The notes under the pieces were generated by a model that saw only the letters and a list, made by a program, of their open reading frames with translations, did no database searches and was not told the DNA's origin. The translations under genes were made by a program, and so were the position numbers. From the NCBI GenBank assembly GCA_963765575.1, contig CAVXWZ010000001.1, positions 96,001 through 160,000 on the forward strand: DNA of 64,000 nucleotides. The letters run 5' to 3'. This DNA comes from an uncultured cyanobacterium (GTDB lineage Bacteria; Cyanobacteriota; Cyanobacteriia; PCC-6307; Cyanobiaceae). Positions 1-10,674 of the stretch are shown here, in pieces. How positions within the stretch are numbered: position 1 is the stretch's first letter; each line of letters opens with the position of its first letter.

Positions 1-870
1 GCGGGTGGAGGGCTTCTGGATCGACCGCGCCCCGGTCACCAACGCCCAGTTCCAGAAGTTCGTGAAGGCCACCGGTCACGTGCACCCTGGCCGAGCGGCC
101 CGCCGATCCGGCCACTATCCCGACGCCCTGCCGGAGCTGCTGGCAGCCGTCCTCGATCGTGTTCGTCCCGCCGCCGGGGCCGGTGGGCACCGGCGATCCC
201 TACCGCTGGTGGCAGTACGTGCCGGGGGCCAACTGGCGCCATCCCGAAGGCCCGGGCAGCTCCATCAAGGGCCGCGACCATCATCCCGTGGTGCATGTGG
301 CCTATCGAGGATGCGCTGGCCTATGCCACCTGGGCCGGCAAGACACTGCCCAGCGAAGCGGAATGGGAGCGGGCTGCCCGCGGCGGGCTGGAGGGGTGCG
401 GAATTCGCCTGGGGGAGCGAGCTCCACCCGGGCGGCCGTGCCGATGGCCAACACCTTCCAGGGGGATTTCCCCCACCACAACAGCCGCCGCGACGGCTAC
501 GAGCGCACCTCCCCGGTGGGGTCCTTTCCCGCCGAATGGCTACGGCCTGTTCGACATGATCGGCAACGTGTGGGAATGGACCGACGGACTGGTACGGCGA
601 CCATGGCGCCGGTGCGATGCAGCGCCACAAGGCAGGCCGGGGGCTGCTGCACGATCGCCAATCCCCGCGGAGGCCACGCGGGAGGCCAGCATCGATCCCA
701 GCTCCCAGCACGGCACCATCCCCCGCAAGGTGGTGAAGGGGGGCTCCTTCCTGTGCGCGCCCAGCTACTGCCGCCGCTACCGCCCGGCGGCCCGCATGGC
801 CCAGGGGATCGACACCTCCACCTGCCACATGGGCTTCCGCTGCATCGTGCGCGTCACCCCACTCCCCTGA
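1..870 (+). CDS. Formylglycine-generating enzyme (SUMF1/FGE-sulfatase family); 5'-truncated, several frameshifts
   Basis: Motifs spread over three frames: FWID..PVTNAQF, WRHPEGPGS, HPVVHV, LPSEAEWERAARGG, NGYGLFDMIGNVWEW, KGGSFLCAPSYCRRYRPAAR, GFRC. Confidence 0.85.
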   Translation, partial: AGGGLLDRPRPGHQRPVPEVREGHRSRAPWPSGPPIRPLSRRPAGAAGSRPRSCSSRRRGRWAPAIPTAGGSTCRGPTGAIPKARAAPSRAATIIPWCMWPIEDALAYATWAGKTLPSEAEWERAARGGLEGCGIRLGERAPPGRPCRWPTPSRGISPTTTAAATATSAPPRWGPFPPNGYGLFDMIGNVWEWTDGLVRRPWRRCDAAPQGRPGAAARSPIPAEATREASIDPSSQHGTIPRKVVKGGSFLCAPSYCRRYRPAARMAQGIDTSTCHMGFRCIVRVTPLP

Positions 871-875
871 ATCCG

Positions 876-1259
876 ATGGACCTGCTCGAGCAACTGGAGC
901 CCGGCCTGCAGGTCCTGGCCGGCTGGGTGCGCTTTGTGCTCGAAACCCTCTCGGTGCTCTGCGTGCTCACCGGCCTGGTGGCGGTGCTGCGTCTGGCGGC
1001 ACCGTTCTTCTTCCGCCGCCGGCGCCACCGGCCCTCCACCGGTGTGCGCCTCACCTTCGGAAGCTGGCTGTCGATGGCGCTGGAATTCCAGCTGGGGGCC
1101 GACATCGTGGCCACCACCACCGCACCCACGGGCGAGAACCTGATTCAACTGGCTGTGGTGGCTGTGATCCGAACCTTCCTCAATGTGTTCCTGGCCCGGG
1201 AGATCGAGGCGGAGCAGAAGCTGGAGGCCGAACTGCAACGCTCAGGCGCGCCCGAATGA
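876..1259 (+). CDS. DUF1622 family membrane protein
   Basis: ATG at 876; motifs ALEFQLGADIVATT and VAVIRTFLNVFL. Confidence 0.8.
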   Translation: MDLLEQLEPGLQVLAGWVRFVLETLSVLCVLTGLVAVLRLAAPFFFRRRRHRPSTGVRLTFGSWLSMALEFQLGADIVATTTAPTGENLIQLAVVAVIRTFLNVFLAREIEAEQKLEAELQRSGAPE

Positions 1260-1271
1260 CCCTCCTCACCC

Positions 1272-1654
1272 ATGAACCTCAACAACGAACTGGCCAAGGA
1301 GCGCAACCGGGCCGCCGCCGAGCGCACGATGATGGCCTGGATCCGCACCTGCCTGTCGCTGATCAGTTTCGGCTTCGGTCTCGACAAGATCATCGGGGCG
1401 ATCAACCGCAGCCGCTTCGAGGGCAGTGGCCATGCCGGCCTGAGCGTGCGCTGGTGGCGATCGGTTTCGTGCTGATCGGAATTCTGGCGATGGCGGCGGC
1501 CACCCGCCAGCACCTGCGCACGCTGCAGTTGATCCGCCGCGACGACTTTGTCTATGTCGATCAGCGCTCGATCACCGTCTTCACGGCCATTGCCCTCACG
1601 ATCATCGGCATTGCGGCCTTTGCCCTGCTGGTCACCGGTAACTCACCCGGATGA
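1272..1654 (+). CDS. YidH/DUF202 family membrane protein (frameshift near 1450)
   Basis: NELAKERNRAAAERTMMAWIRT in one frame; hydrophobic C-terminal half continues in another frame. Confidence 0.8.
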
Positions 1655-2537
1655 CCACCATGAACGTCCGTCATCACCCTGCTGGTCCGCGGCACCCTGT
1701 TCGCGATCATGTTCGCCCTGGGTCTGGGTCTTCCCGGCACCCAGTTCGATCTGCTGCTGCGCCGCCGCAGGCCTGCTGCTGCGGGTGCTGCTGGGCACCT
1801 GTCGTGCTGGTGCCGCTTGCTGGCGATGGTCGCTGCTGCGCTTGCCCCTCAGCGAGGGGCTCTCCCAACCGGCGCGCTTCGGCATTGCCCTGATGGCGGT
1901 CTGCCCCAGTGCTCCCCTCACCCTGCGCAAGGCGGGCAAAATCAGGCGGCAGCTGCCCAGCTGGCGGCCCATCTGCAGGTGGCGGCTGCCCTGGCGGCCA
2001 TCGTTTCGATTCCCCTGATGGCGGAGCTGTTCACCGGGGTCTACAGGGTGCAGGGGTGGGAGATTCGACCCGGCAGGTGGCGATGCAGGTGGGCAAGGTC
2101 CAGATCCTCCCCCTGGCCTGTGGTCTGTTGCTGCGCCGCTGGCGGCCGGCACTGGGCGAACCGCTGGGTGGGGCTGTTCGACAAGCTGGCCAATCTGCTG
2201 CTGCTGCTGCTGATTATGGTGGTGCTGGCGAAGGCCGCTCCCTACCTGTTCCCGTTCATGGGCCGCAATCTGCTGGCCATGGGCTTCATGGGCGTGATGG
2301 TTCTGGTCTCCCTCCTGATCGGTTATCCTGCTGGCGGGGCCCGATCCGGAGGAGCGCACCACGGTGTCGCTGGTGACCTCGATGCGCAATCCCGGTCTGG
2401 CCCTGCTGTTCGCCCAGATCCACGCCCCCACCATGGTGGGGCTGAAGCTGTCGATCCTGGCCTATCTGCTGCTCACCGTGGTGCTTTCGGTGCCGTTCCT
2501 GGCCTGGCGCAAAAGGGCGGCCGCGGTGGCGGCCTGA
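1651..2537 (+). CDS. Bile acid:sodium symporter (BASS) family transporter, several frameshifts
   Basis: Fragments MFALGL, MAVCPSAPL, QILPLACGLLLRRW, SMRNPGLALL in different frames. Confidence 0.65.
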
Positions 2538-2543
2538 GGGTCC

Positions 2544-4262
2544 TCAGGGGACAGGTGGCTTCCTGTCAGGATTCCGGGGTCGCCCTGGCGGCTTGGGCAC
2601 AGTGCTGGCGTCGCCGTTGCGGATGGCGTGGTAGCCGGGGGAGAGAATCTCCACATCGGCCTTGGCGAAGTGATCCTGGAGAGCCGCGAAGACGTCGGAG
2701 AGGGTCTGGCGGTAGGTGCCTGGATCGCGTACGTAGGCGGTGAGTTCGTAGCTGATGTGGAAGTCGTTGAGAGAGGTCTGCAGCACGAAGGGCTGGATCT
2801 CATCGGTGATTCCCTCCACGCTTCGGGCTGCGGCGAGCATCAGCTCATGCACCTGTCTCCAGGGCACGTCGTAGCCGATGGTGATGGTGGTGGCCAGGGC
2901 CACCGGTTCGCGGATCTCGCGGCGGGAGAAGCTGAAGTTGGTGACCGAGGCGCTGATCACGGTGGCATTGGGGATGCTCACCAGTTCGTTCCTGGGAGTC
3001 TTCACCCGTGTGACCAGCAGGGTGCGATCCTGCACAACGCCCACCACCCCGTTGATCTCAATGCGGTCGCCCTCGCGGAAGGCACGGGTATAGATCAGCA
3101 TCAGCCCGCTGATGATGTTCGTGGCCACGGAACTGGAGCCGAGAGCCGCCAGCACACCCACGAACAGTCCTGCTCCCTGGAACACCTCGCTGTCGGAGCC
3201 TGGAATGAAAGGAAAAGCACCCACAAGTGCAATCAACATCGCCAGGGTCGCCACCAGCCGGGAGGTGGGCTTGGCCCATTCCCTGTAGAAACCTGGAATG
3301 CGCATGCGTCCAAGACGGATCGCATTGAAAAACGCATTGCTGATCCTGATGATCACGATGGTGATCCCGATGATCACCGCGATGGACAGCAGGTTGGGGA
3401 TCGCGGCCACCATCCCCTGCAGGAATGCAACGACCAGGTCGAGGATCTGTGCGCGCAGACCCTGTGCGATTCCCTGGGTGGGAGGAAAGAAGCCAAGCAG
3501 CAGGGGGATCAGCAGGTAGCTGATCAACAGCAGGATGCCCCAATGGATCACCACGCGAGTCAGCTGCATCACCTGACGCACCTGGTCGGCATCCACCAAC
3601 GCCGTGATCCCCACTCGGCTCAGCCGCTGCAGCACAAACCGTTCCCGGCTCGCCAGCCAGTCGCGGATCCGGCTGTTGAGTCGGAACTGAACCCGAAGCC
3701 ACACCACATAGGCAGCTAAAACCAGTGCGGCCAGGGCGCTGCCCCGCAGCCAGAATTGAGCAGAGTTCTCCTTGCGGTAGCGGCTGATGGCCGCCTTCAC
3801 GGAATCCCTGTAGGTCTCCGCAAGCTGCTGCCGAGTGGTGGCGAAGCATGCCGCCATGCGATCATCCACCGCTCCGATCTGCAGGAAGTTCCCTGTACTC
3901 TTCTCGACTCCGAGCAGGGTATAGGAATTGGATTCGCGCGCAACGATCTGATCGACGTCAACGGTTCTGTCCCTCGCCAGTGCCAGGAGTTCCCTGGATT
4001 CCCGACGGGCGACCTTCTCAAGGTCCTGCGCCCCGGGGATCGCACGCATCTCCACCACCTTTCGCCCGTCAAGTGTCACGAAGACGGGCTTCTCCGCGCA
4101 GCCGGGCGGCGTTGCAGATCCTGAGGGGCTCTCGGTGGCAGCAGTGGCGGGGATCTGGAGCGCTGGTGCGAGCAGCAGGAGTGCCATCAGGACGAGGGCC
4201 AGGGCAGAACCGATCGTTGGATGGGGACGGAAATGTCTGCGGATGTGTGCAGGGAGGTTCAC
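2544..4262 (-). CDS. MscS family mechanosensitive channel with periplasmic N-terminal extension
   Basis: 572 aa; NIISGLMLIYTRAFREGDRI, IPNATV, ITIGYDVPWRQV, LNDFHISYEL. Confidence 0.9.
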   Translation of the reverse strand: MNLPAHIRRHFRPHPTIGSALALVLMALLLLAPALQIPATAATESPSGSATPPGCAEKPVFVTLDGRKVVEMRAIPGAQDLEKVARRESRELLALARDRTVDVDQIVARESNSYTLLGVEKSTGNFLQIGAVDDRMAACFATTRQQLAETYRDSVKAAISRYRKENSAQFWLRGSALAALVLAAYVVWLRVQFRLNSRIRDWLASRERFVLQRLSRVGITALVDADQVRQVMQLTRVVIHWGILLLISYLLIPLLLGFFPPTQGIAQGLRAQILDLVVAFLQGMVAAIPNLLSIAVIIGITIVIIRISNAFFNAIRLGRMRIPGFYREWAKPTSRLVATLAMLIALVGAFPFIPGSDSEVFQGAGLFVGVLAALGSSSVATNIISGLMLIYTRAFREGDRIEINGVVGVVQDRTLLVTRVKTPRNELVSIPNATVISASVTNFSFSRREIREPVALATTITIGYDVPWRQVHELMLAAARSVEGITDEIQPFVLQTSLNDFHISYELTAYVRDPGTYRQTLSDVFAALQDHFAKADVEILSPGYHAIRNGDASTVPKPPGRPRNPDRKPPVP

Positions 4263-4465
4263 GAAATCCTGGCCACGACTGAATGACTCCTCTGGCGATC
4301 ATCGCACCAGGGTCTTGCTGGCAAAGAAAGAGGGTGAGGATTCTTTTGCAGATCCGGCCGGCAGCTGCGGATCGGCAGCATGTCCACGCTCCGTTCCGCA
4401 TAGTCAACCCATCCCCGATGAATCGGCACCCGGGCCAATCCTCTGTGGGGATCACAGCGATCCAG

Positions 4466-5593
4466 CTATCCGTTCGCAGCCAGCACTCCCGCCACCAGCA
4501 GTCCCAGGTAGGTGCCGGCGAGATAGCCCATCAGGCCGATGGCCACGCCAGGCAAGCCCAGATCGGGCCTGCGCAGGGCACCGGCCAGGGCAAGAGCGGT
4601 GCTCGGCCCACCCACTGCCGCCTGACAGCCCACCAGGCTCTCGGCCCGGCCCCAGCGCAGCCCCCGGCCGATCAGCAGCACCAGACTGGCCTGCACCGTC
4701 ACGATCAGCCCGGCCTGGGCCAGCACCCAGCGCCCTTCTCCCAGCAGGCCCTGCACCGGGGAACTGAGGCCGATCACTGTGAAGAACGGCTGGATCAGCA
4801 TCAGGCCGAGGGGATAGGCCAGGCGGGCCCGTGCCACCGCCGGCACCTGGGCGGCGATCAGGGCGAGGGTGGTGAGAACGAGGATGCCGGGAACACCGGC
4901 CCACCAGCCCTGCAGGATCCCCGTTGCAGCCCGGCTGGCCGCCACGATCAGCAACCCCCAGAGCAGGGCGATCCCGCCGGCCCGGCTGAGCAGCCTTCGT
5001 GGGCTGTCGCTGCCGGGATTCCAGCCGGTGGTGCCGGCTGCATCTTCAGCAGGGGCTGCCGGTGCGTCCCCGGCCCCCTGCCTGCGGCCGAGGGCCAGGC
5101 TGATCAGAAACCAGAGGCTGAACACCACGTGGTCGGCGGCGGTGGCGATCAGCACAAGTGACTGCTCGGGCTGCAGTGTGCGCGCCACGGACACGAAATT
5201 GAGGCTGCCGCCGCTGAAGGTGGCTGTGAACAGGCCGCTGAGGGTGGGCAGGTCCGCCCCCAGCTGGCCCCGGAAGACCACCACGGCCAACCCCATGCCG
5301 GCCACGGCTCCCACCACCGCAACGGCGAAGGGCTGCAGCAGGCGCTGGGCACCGGGCCAGACGCGCCGCAGATCCACCGCCAGCAGCAGCAGCGCGATCG
5401 CCAGGGAGGTGAGTGGGCCGTTCACCAGCGCCTCGGCGGCGGGATCGGGACGCCAGCCCAGAAGGTTGGTGGTGAGCAGCCCCAGGAACAGCACCAGCAG
5501 GGTGACGCCCAGTCGGCGTCCCACCACGGTGGCCTGCGCCAGCCACCAGCCGAGCGCCGTCAGCAGGCCGATCGCCAGCAGCGACAGCAGCAT
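4466..5593 (-). CDS. DUF819 family multi-pass membrane protein
   Basis: 375 aa hydrophobic; ATFSGGSLNFVSV, QAAVGGPSTA. Confidence 0.8.
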   Translation of the reverse strand: MLLSLLAIGLLTALGWWLAQATVVGRRLGVTLLVLFLGLLTTNLLGWRPDPAAEALVNGPLTSLAIALLLLAVDLRRVWPGAQRLLQPFAVAVVGAVAGMGLAVVVFRGQLGADLPTLSGLFTATFSGGSLNFVSVARTLQPEQSLVLIATAADHVVFSLWFLISLALGRRQGAGDAPAAPAEDAAGTTGWNPGSDSPRRLLSRAGGIALLWGLLIVAASRAATGILQGWWAGVPGILVLTTLALIAAQVPAVARARLAYPLGLMLIQPFFTVIGLSSPVQGLLGEGRWVLAQAGLIVTVQASLVLLIGRGLRWGRAESLVGCQAAVGGPSTALALAGALRRPDLGLPGVAIGLMGYLAGTYLGLLVAGVLAANG

Positions 5594-5683
5594 GGGGATT
5601 CCGTTGACCGCGGCAGCCCCAGGATGGACCAGCGGATGCGGAGGGCACAGGCCAGCCTGTGAACTGCCACCTTGCCTGCGGCG

Positions 5684-5821
5684 TCAGCGGCGCGAGCATG
5701 CCGTCACTCGAGGCCACGTCATGAAGACATCCAGAGACATCGCCGCCAGCAGTCCCAGGCTGGTGGCTGCAGCCAACGTCCATGTGCAGGCCGGTGACGG
5801 CCGGCGATCGGGCGCCCACAT
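5684..5821 (-). CDS. Possible small membrane protein
   Basis: 45-aa ORF with one hydrophobic stretch in an otherwise empty gap. Confidence 0.25.
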   Translation of the reverse strand: MWAPDRRPSPACTWTLAAATSLGLLAAMSLDVFMTWPRVTACSRR

Positions 5822-6016
5822 CGCCTGCATGCTGCTGGGGCAGATGGCCATGGCCGCGCTGCTGAAATCCGCGCCCACAGCGGTTCTCCATCGGGCAATG
5901 GTCCATGTCCCTGAGGGTCACTGAGGACCGCGCCGATGCTGTTCGACTGACGCCGCTGTGCAGGCTCTGCGGTGCATAGGATTCAGGCGAATCACAGCCT
6001 TGCCTGAGGGGCCGTC

Positions 6017-6646
6017 ATGCAGTTGCGTCATGTCATCAATCTGCACAAAGGCGTCACGCCTCTCGTGGTGGGAGCCCTGATGTGGATGTATGGCAATGGC
6101 TCGGTGGCGGCGTGGGTCTACCTGGCCCTTCACGGCACCTATGGCCTGCTCTGGCTGCTCAAGGATTGGATCTACCCAGACCGGCAATGGCAGCAACCCA
6201 TTGGCTGGGGGATGGCCATTGCCGGATGGGTGGTGCTTGGTCTGTATTGGCTGGCGCCATTCCTGTTGATCGCGTCGGGAGTGGACGTTCCGGCGCCGAT
6301 TGTTGCCGCTGCCGTCGCAGTGAACATCCTCGGGATATTTCTGCATTACGTCAGCGACGCCCAGAAGTATTTCACCCTGCGCTATCACAAGGGTTTGATT
6401 GATGATGGGCTTTTCGCGCGCTCTCGTAATACCAATTACCTTGGCGAGCTGCTGATCTATGGATCCTTCGCTCTGCTTTCCATGCACTGGCAGCCCTTCG
6501 TCGTGTTGGCAGGCTTCTTCCTGGTGGTTTTCCTCCCCAACATGCGCCGCAAGGATGAGTCGCTGTCTCGCTATGACAATTTTCAAGCCTATCGAGAGCG
6601 CTCAGGATTTTTGTTGCCGAAGCTCGGGAGTCTTGGGCAGCTCTGA
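6017..6646 (+). CDS. DUF1295 / steroid 5-alpha-reductase-like membrane protein
   Basis: YLALHGTYG, SDAQKYFTL, GLFARSRNTNYLGE. Confidence 0.8.
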   Translation: MQLRHVINLHKGVTPLVVGALMWMYGNGSVAAWVYLALHGTYGLLWLLKDWIYPDRQWQQPIGWGMAIAGWVVLGLYWLAPFLLIASGVDVPAPIVAAAVAVNILGIFLHYVSDAQKYFTLRYHKGLIDDGLFARSRNTNYLGELLIYGSFALLSMHWQPFVVLAGFFLVVFLPNMRRKDESLSRYDNFQAYRERSGFLLPKLGSLGQL

Positions 6647-6663
6647 GGTCCCTGGAGCCCAGG

Positions 6664-8430
6664 TCAGGACCGTCTGAACACCTGCTGCGGCATCCCCGGC
6701 TCGATGCCCGCAGCGTCAAAGGCCGGTTTCAGGCGCCTTCGAAACTCTCGCGCCACACCCCACTGCTTCAGGGGCTGGGTCTTGATCCACAGCTTGAGCC
6801 GCAGGCCGCTCTGATCCAGACGATCGACCCCCAGCAGCAGCGGTGGCTCGAGGATCTGATCCTTCCAATCCGGATCCGCCGCCAGCTCGCCAGCCACCAT
6901 TTCGAGCACTGCGCAGGCCTTCTTGAGATCGCTGCCCCAGGCGACATCGATCTCGAAATTCACCCGCGACCAGTCCTTGCTGCGGTTGATGCTGTCGCGG
7001 ATCATGCCGTTCGGAATGGTCACCACCTCTCCCTCTCCGCCGCGCAGCTGGGTCTGCACCAGATTCATGGCCTCCACCAGACCGGCATGGCCATTCACCG
7101 CGATCGAATCGCCGATCGCAAATCGATCCGCAGCCAGAATTCTGATGCCGCCGATCAGGTCTTCCACCAGACCTCGCGCGAGAAAGCCCAGTGCCACAGC
7201 CACGATGCCTGCTCCGGCAAGAATCTGGGGGTTGATCCCGAAGAGGAGCACCGTGAGATAGATCCCCAGCACGGTGGTGCCGGTGGTGATGCTTCCTTTC
7301 AGCACCCTGGCATTGGTCTCCAGGCGCATCCCTGGTCGCAGGGATCCGGGAGCGGCCGCCTGGGCGTCGTTGGCCCAGCGGTTCAGCCGCCGCATCAGCG
7401 CCCAGATCAGCAGGATCTCCAGAAGCACCACCGCGATCCAGATCCCCGGCAGACCCACGGAGAGCTGCAGCAGCAGAGCGGCAAAGAGCCGCGTAGGCGG
7501 GAACAGATAGAGGGTGATGGTGATCACCATCACCGCAACGCCCATGCGCAGCACCTGAAGGACCTTCACCAGGAGGTTCGTCTGCCTCACCTGCCGTTCA
7601 AGCCGCTGCTGCTTCTGCAGCGCCAGGCTCCCGTTCTGGAGGTCCGCCTCGACAGGCTGACGAAGAGTGCGCAGGTTCAAACCCCTCTGCCTTCGCTGCT
7701 GGTAGAGGCCCTGCAGACCTGCGCTGAGGGCCCCCACGGCCATGGCTCCCACGCCGAGCAGGACCAGAGCCACGGCACCACGGACCCAGGGATAGGCCCG
7801 GTTGAAGGTGGCCCCCCAGAGCGATTGACTCAGGGTCTCCTCGAAGAGGGCATCCCATTCCTCCGCCAGGGTTTCGAGATCAACGCCATTGGCCAGGCTG
7901 TCCGGCTCGGTGAGGGTGACCAGCGTCACCTGGGGCCCCTTGGAGACGGCATCGGCCGGGAGGTAGATCACGGGCGTGCGGTTCTTCACGCCCACCTCCA
8001 GGGTGGGGGAGAGGGGATGGCGGGGCTTGCCGCGCCGGTCCAGCCAGAACCCTGGGGAACGCCACCGCCGGGGGATGGGCTGGTCCTCCAGGCGCTCGGC
8101 AAGCCCCCTGGAGAGCCGCTGCAGGGAGTTGGCCACGGCGGTGGAGCGGGCCTCCACCCGGGCCGCCGCGTCCTGGGAGCCTTCGTCCACCGTGGGCATC
8201 ACGGCCAGGTTGATCCTGGGCCTGCCCGGAGCCAGGGGGATGTGGGGCGTCACCACCCGGCTGCACCACAGCCGTCCGCAGCGCTGGGCACGGTCCAGAT
8301 CCCACCAGTGTTTGCGAGCCACAGTGGGGGCTGACTGGTCCTCCTGGGCAGACCCGCCTGCGGGCAGCACCAGGACCATCACCAGCAACAGGGTGAGGGC
8401 CAGGCGGTTCAGCCGAGGCAGGGGGACCAT
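6664..8430 (-). CDS. MscS family mechanosensitive channel
   Basis: ATG at 8430; DRFAIGDSI, IPNGMI, NRSKDWSR, QWGVAREFRRRLK. Confidence 0.88.
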   Translation of the reverse strand: MVPLPRLNRLALTLLLVMVLVLPAGGSAQEDQSAPTVARKHWWDLDRAQRCGRLWCSRVVTPHIPLAPGRPRINLAVMPTVDEGSQDAAARVEARSTAVANSLQRLSRGLAERLEDQPIPRRWRSPGFWLDRRGKPRHPLSPTLEVGVKNRTPVIYLPADAVSKGPQVTLVTLTEPDSLANGVDLETLAEEWDALFEETLSQSLWGATFNRAYPWVRGAVALVLLGVGAMAVGALSAGLQGLYQQRRQRGLNLRTLRQPVEADLQNGSLALQKQQRLERQVRQTNLLVKVLQVLRMGVAVMVITITLYLFPPTRLFAALLLQLSVGLPGIWIAVVLLEILLIWALMRRLNRWANDAQAAAPGSLRPGMRLETNARVLKGSITTGTTVLGIYLTVLLFGINPQILAGAGIVAVALGFLARGLVEDLIGGIRILAADRFAIGDSIAVNGHAGLVEAMNLVQTQLRGGEGEVVTIPNGMIRDSINRSKDWSRVNFEIDVAWGSDLKKACAVLEMVAGELAADPDWKDQILEPPLLLGVDRLDQSGLRLKLWIKTQPLKQWGVAREFRRRLKPAFDAAGIEPGMPQQVFRRS

Positions 8431-8494
8431 GGATGCCGTGGCCCCGCACAGGACTGGAACAGGTCGAGATCGTCGGCCACAAGATCGTCTGGCA

Positions 8495-9499
8495 TCAGAA
8501 GAAGAACTTGACGCCCACTTCGATGCCGTTGTTGTCCACGCTGATTCCGCTATTGGGATTCTTCCCATTGTCATAGCGGATTCCTTGATATCGCCAGGAA
8601 AGATTCAGGTCGGTATTGTTGCCAATGGCATAGCCAAGGCCCAGCTGGGCATTTCCAGAAAGATCTTCGTCGCCGCTGATGCCAAATCCGCCGATGTCGA
8701 AGCGGGCGAATCCTCGCAGGCGAGGAGAAAAGAAGTAGCTACCCTGGATGCCCACCAGCGGCTGTACCCATGTTCTGCCGAACGAACCGCTGCGCTCAAA
8801 GTTCAATTGACGGGCTCCGATCCCCTGGATCTCCAGATCCACTGGCGATTCCAGGTCGAGCACCCGAATTCCCGCATAGGGAATCAGGCTGTAGGAGCCA
8901 GGCTCCGCGATTGCGCTTTCGCGATCACCGATGCGATAGCGGAACGCAAAATCATAAATCCCTTGTTCATAGGCTATCTTGGCTTTTCCACTGACACGTC
9001 CACGTGGACCAGTCTTCCCGCTAATACCCCCTAGCTCGATATAGCTCAGGTCTGTGAGAAAACCCCATCGATCCCGTTCCACGCTGCCGCGTAAGTAGAA
9101 CAGGCTATCAAGAGCATCAAGAATATCTCCGAGGTCCAGGTCGAAATCAACATCGCGGTCGTTGACCGTTGTCGTTCCGCTTGAGCGCAATGGGGTGAAT
9201 CCGTAAATTTCAATAGTTCCAGCCCACGTTGGTGCTGCAGCCTCGACTTGTTCCCCAACCACGTCTTCTGTCTGTTGCTCAACCTCAAGTTCGACGGCCT
9301 GGGCTGTGCTCGGCATGCCCGTTGGCAATCCCTCGACTGCCAATGGTTCTGAGATCCCTGCCGCCTGGTGCGGGGCGTCGTCACTTCCTTTGAAAGCTGG
9401 TTGATCACGCGCCGATGACGATCCAGGTGCTGACAGTGCGACAAGACATGCCAGCCCTGCCATCCCGCAGGCGGTTGCGGGTCTGGCTGAACCAATCAT
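8495..9499 (-). CDS. Putative outer-membrane beta-barrel protein
   Basis: Signal-like N-terminus, amphipathic beta pattern, C-terminal aromatic GVKFFF; less GC-biased than its neighbours. Confidence 0.6.
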   Translation of the reverse strand: MIGSARPATACGMAGLACLVALSAPGSSSARDQPAFKGSDDAPHQAAGISEPLAVEGLPTGMPSTAQAVELEVEQQTEDVVGEQVEAAAPTWAGTIEIYGFTPLRSSGTTTVNDRDVDFDLDLGDILDALDSLFYLRGSVERDRWGFLTDLSYIELGGISGKTGPRGRVSGKAKIAYEQGIYDFAFRYRIGDRESAIAEPGSYSLIPYAGIRVLDLESPVDLEIQGIGARQLNFERSGSFGRTWVQPLVGIQGSYFFSPRLRGFARFDIGGFGISGDEDLSGNAQLGLGYAIGNNTDLNLSWRYQGIRYDNGKNPNSGISVDNNGIEVGVKFFF

Positions 9500-9678
9500 T
9501 CGCAGCAAGGGTGATCACACAAGTTTCGCCACATTAGTGACGTTGGTCCCACGATCTCTGGCCCGTGTAGCGGTACCGCAGCCGTCCATGGCAGCTCCTC
9601 ATCCGTGTGGCCCCTGGCGAAGGCTGCCAGCGGATCTTGCGGCGAGGAGGATATCCTGCCGCAAGATCTGGCCCGTCC

Positions 9679-10674
9679 TCAGACGGAGCCGTAGGCCACC
9701 TGGCAGGCGGCGTTCAGCAGTTCGGCCTCGCTCGCACTGGTGGGATTGCGCCCGTTCAACGTGCCGCGATTGCAGTCGGCATCGAAGTAGGTTTCGCCGC
9801 TGCCGGCCTCCACCGCGAACCGCACCGACTGATCGTTGATCGGCTCCACCGTGCCGTACAGGAGGCGATAGTCGGTGTTGGGCACCACCACGTAGGTGGT
9901 CTGGTTCGACACCGCGTTGTCGACGGCGGAGTTGATGATCGCCGCGGTGGTGAGGGTGGTGAGGCCAAAAGCGGCGGCATTCCAGCCCCAGTTCGACGAC
10001 CGGTAGCCGCTGTCGTACCAGCCGTAGTTCCAGGGTCGCGCATAGCCCCATCCTGGCCGTGCCCAACCCGGGTAGCGATCCCAGCGGTCGTCCCAGCGGT
10101 CATAGCGCTTGTCCCACTTCTTGTCGACGCGGTCGGCGCGTTTATCGAGCTTCTTGTCGCGTTTGTCGAGCCGATCATCGCGCCGATCGGCTTTCTTTTC
10201 GCGCTTGTCGAGCTTGTCGTCGCGGCGGTCGTTCTTCTTGGCCTGCTTGTTGTTTTTGTTTTTGTTGTCGTGCTTCTTGTTGTTCTTGGCTTGATTGCCC
10301 TTGTTGTTGTTCTTCTTTTTGTTATTGCTCTTGTTCTTGTTGTCCAGCGATGGATTGTTCTTGTGGTTGGATTTCTTGCTCCAACCCCCTTTGGGCTGCT
10401 TCTTGCCCTTGCTCATGCTCGAACCAGAGCTCTTGAAGCCGCTCTTGCTCCTGGACGATTTCTTGCGGGAGCCGCCGCTTTTGCCCTTGTGCCCGCCGCC
10501 GCCTTTCTTGGCGATCAACTCTCCCTCGCCTGCCAGCGTTGGCGCTGGGGCCTCGATGGGGGCCTGGATGGGAGCGGTCAGCGCGGCTGCGTTCGTGGGC
10601 AGCGCCGGCAGGCAGAGCACCCCGGCCAGCAGGAGGCCGAAGGGGCGCCGTGGTCGAGCCGTGGACCCCATCAC
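9679..10674 (-). CDS. Secreted protein with K/N-rich low-complexity region
   Basis: Signal peptide; K/S/G tract, K/N tract, D/K/R repeats, then WARPGWGY region and a globular C-terminus with two Cys. Confidence 0.75.
   Translation of the reverse strand: MMGSTARPRRPFGLLLAGVLCLPALPTNAAALTAPIQAPIEAPAPTLAGEGELIAKKGGGGHKGKSGGSRKKSSRSKSGFKSSGSSMSKGKKQPKGGWSKKSNHKNNPSLDNKNKSNNKKKNNNKGNQAKNNKKHDNKNKNNKQAKKNDRRDDKLDKREKKADRRDDRLDKRDKKLDKRADRVDKKWDKRYDRWDDRWDRYPGWARPGWGYARPWNYGWYDSGYRSSNWGWNAAAFGLTTLTTAAIINSAVDNAVSNQTTYVVVPNTDYRLLYGTVEPINDQSVRFAVEAGSGETYFDADCNRGTLNGRNPTSASEAELLNAACQVAYGSV

Noticed and set aside
1..2537. Cluster of pseudogenes or recoding sites
   Set aside because: Dense single-base indels with all motifs intact at the window edge suggest low-quality consensus rather than biology.
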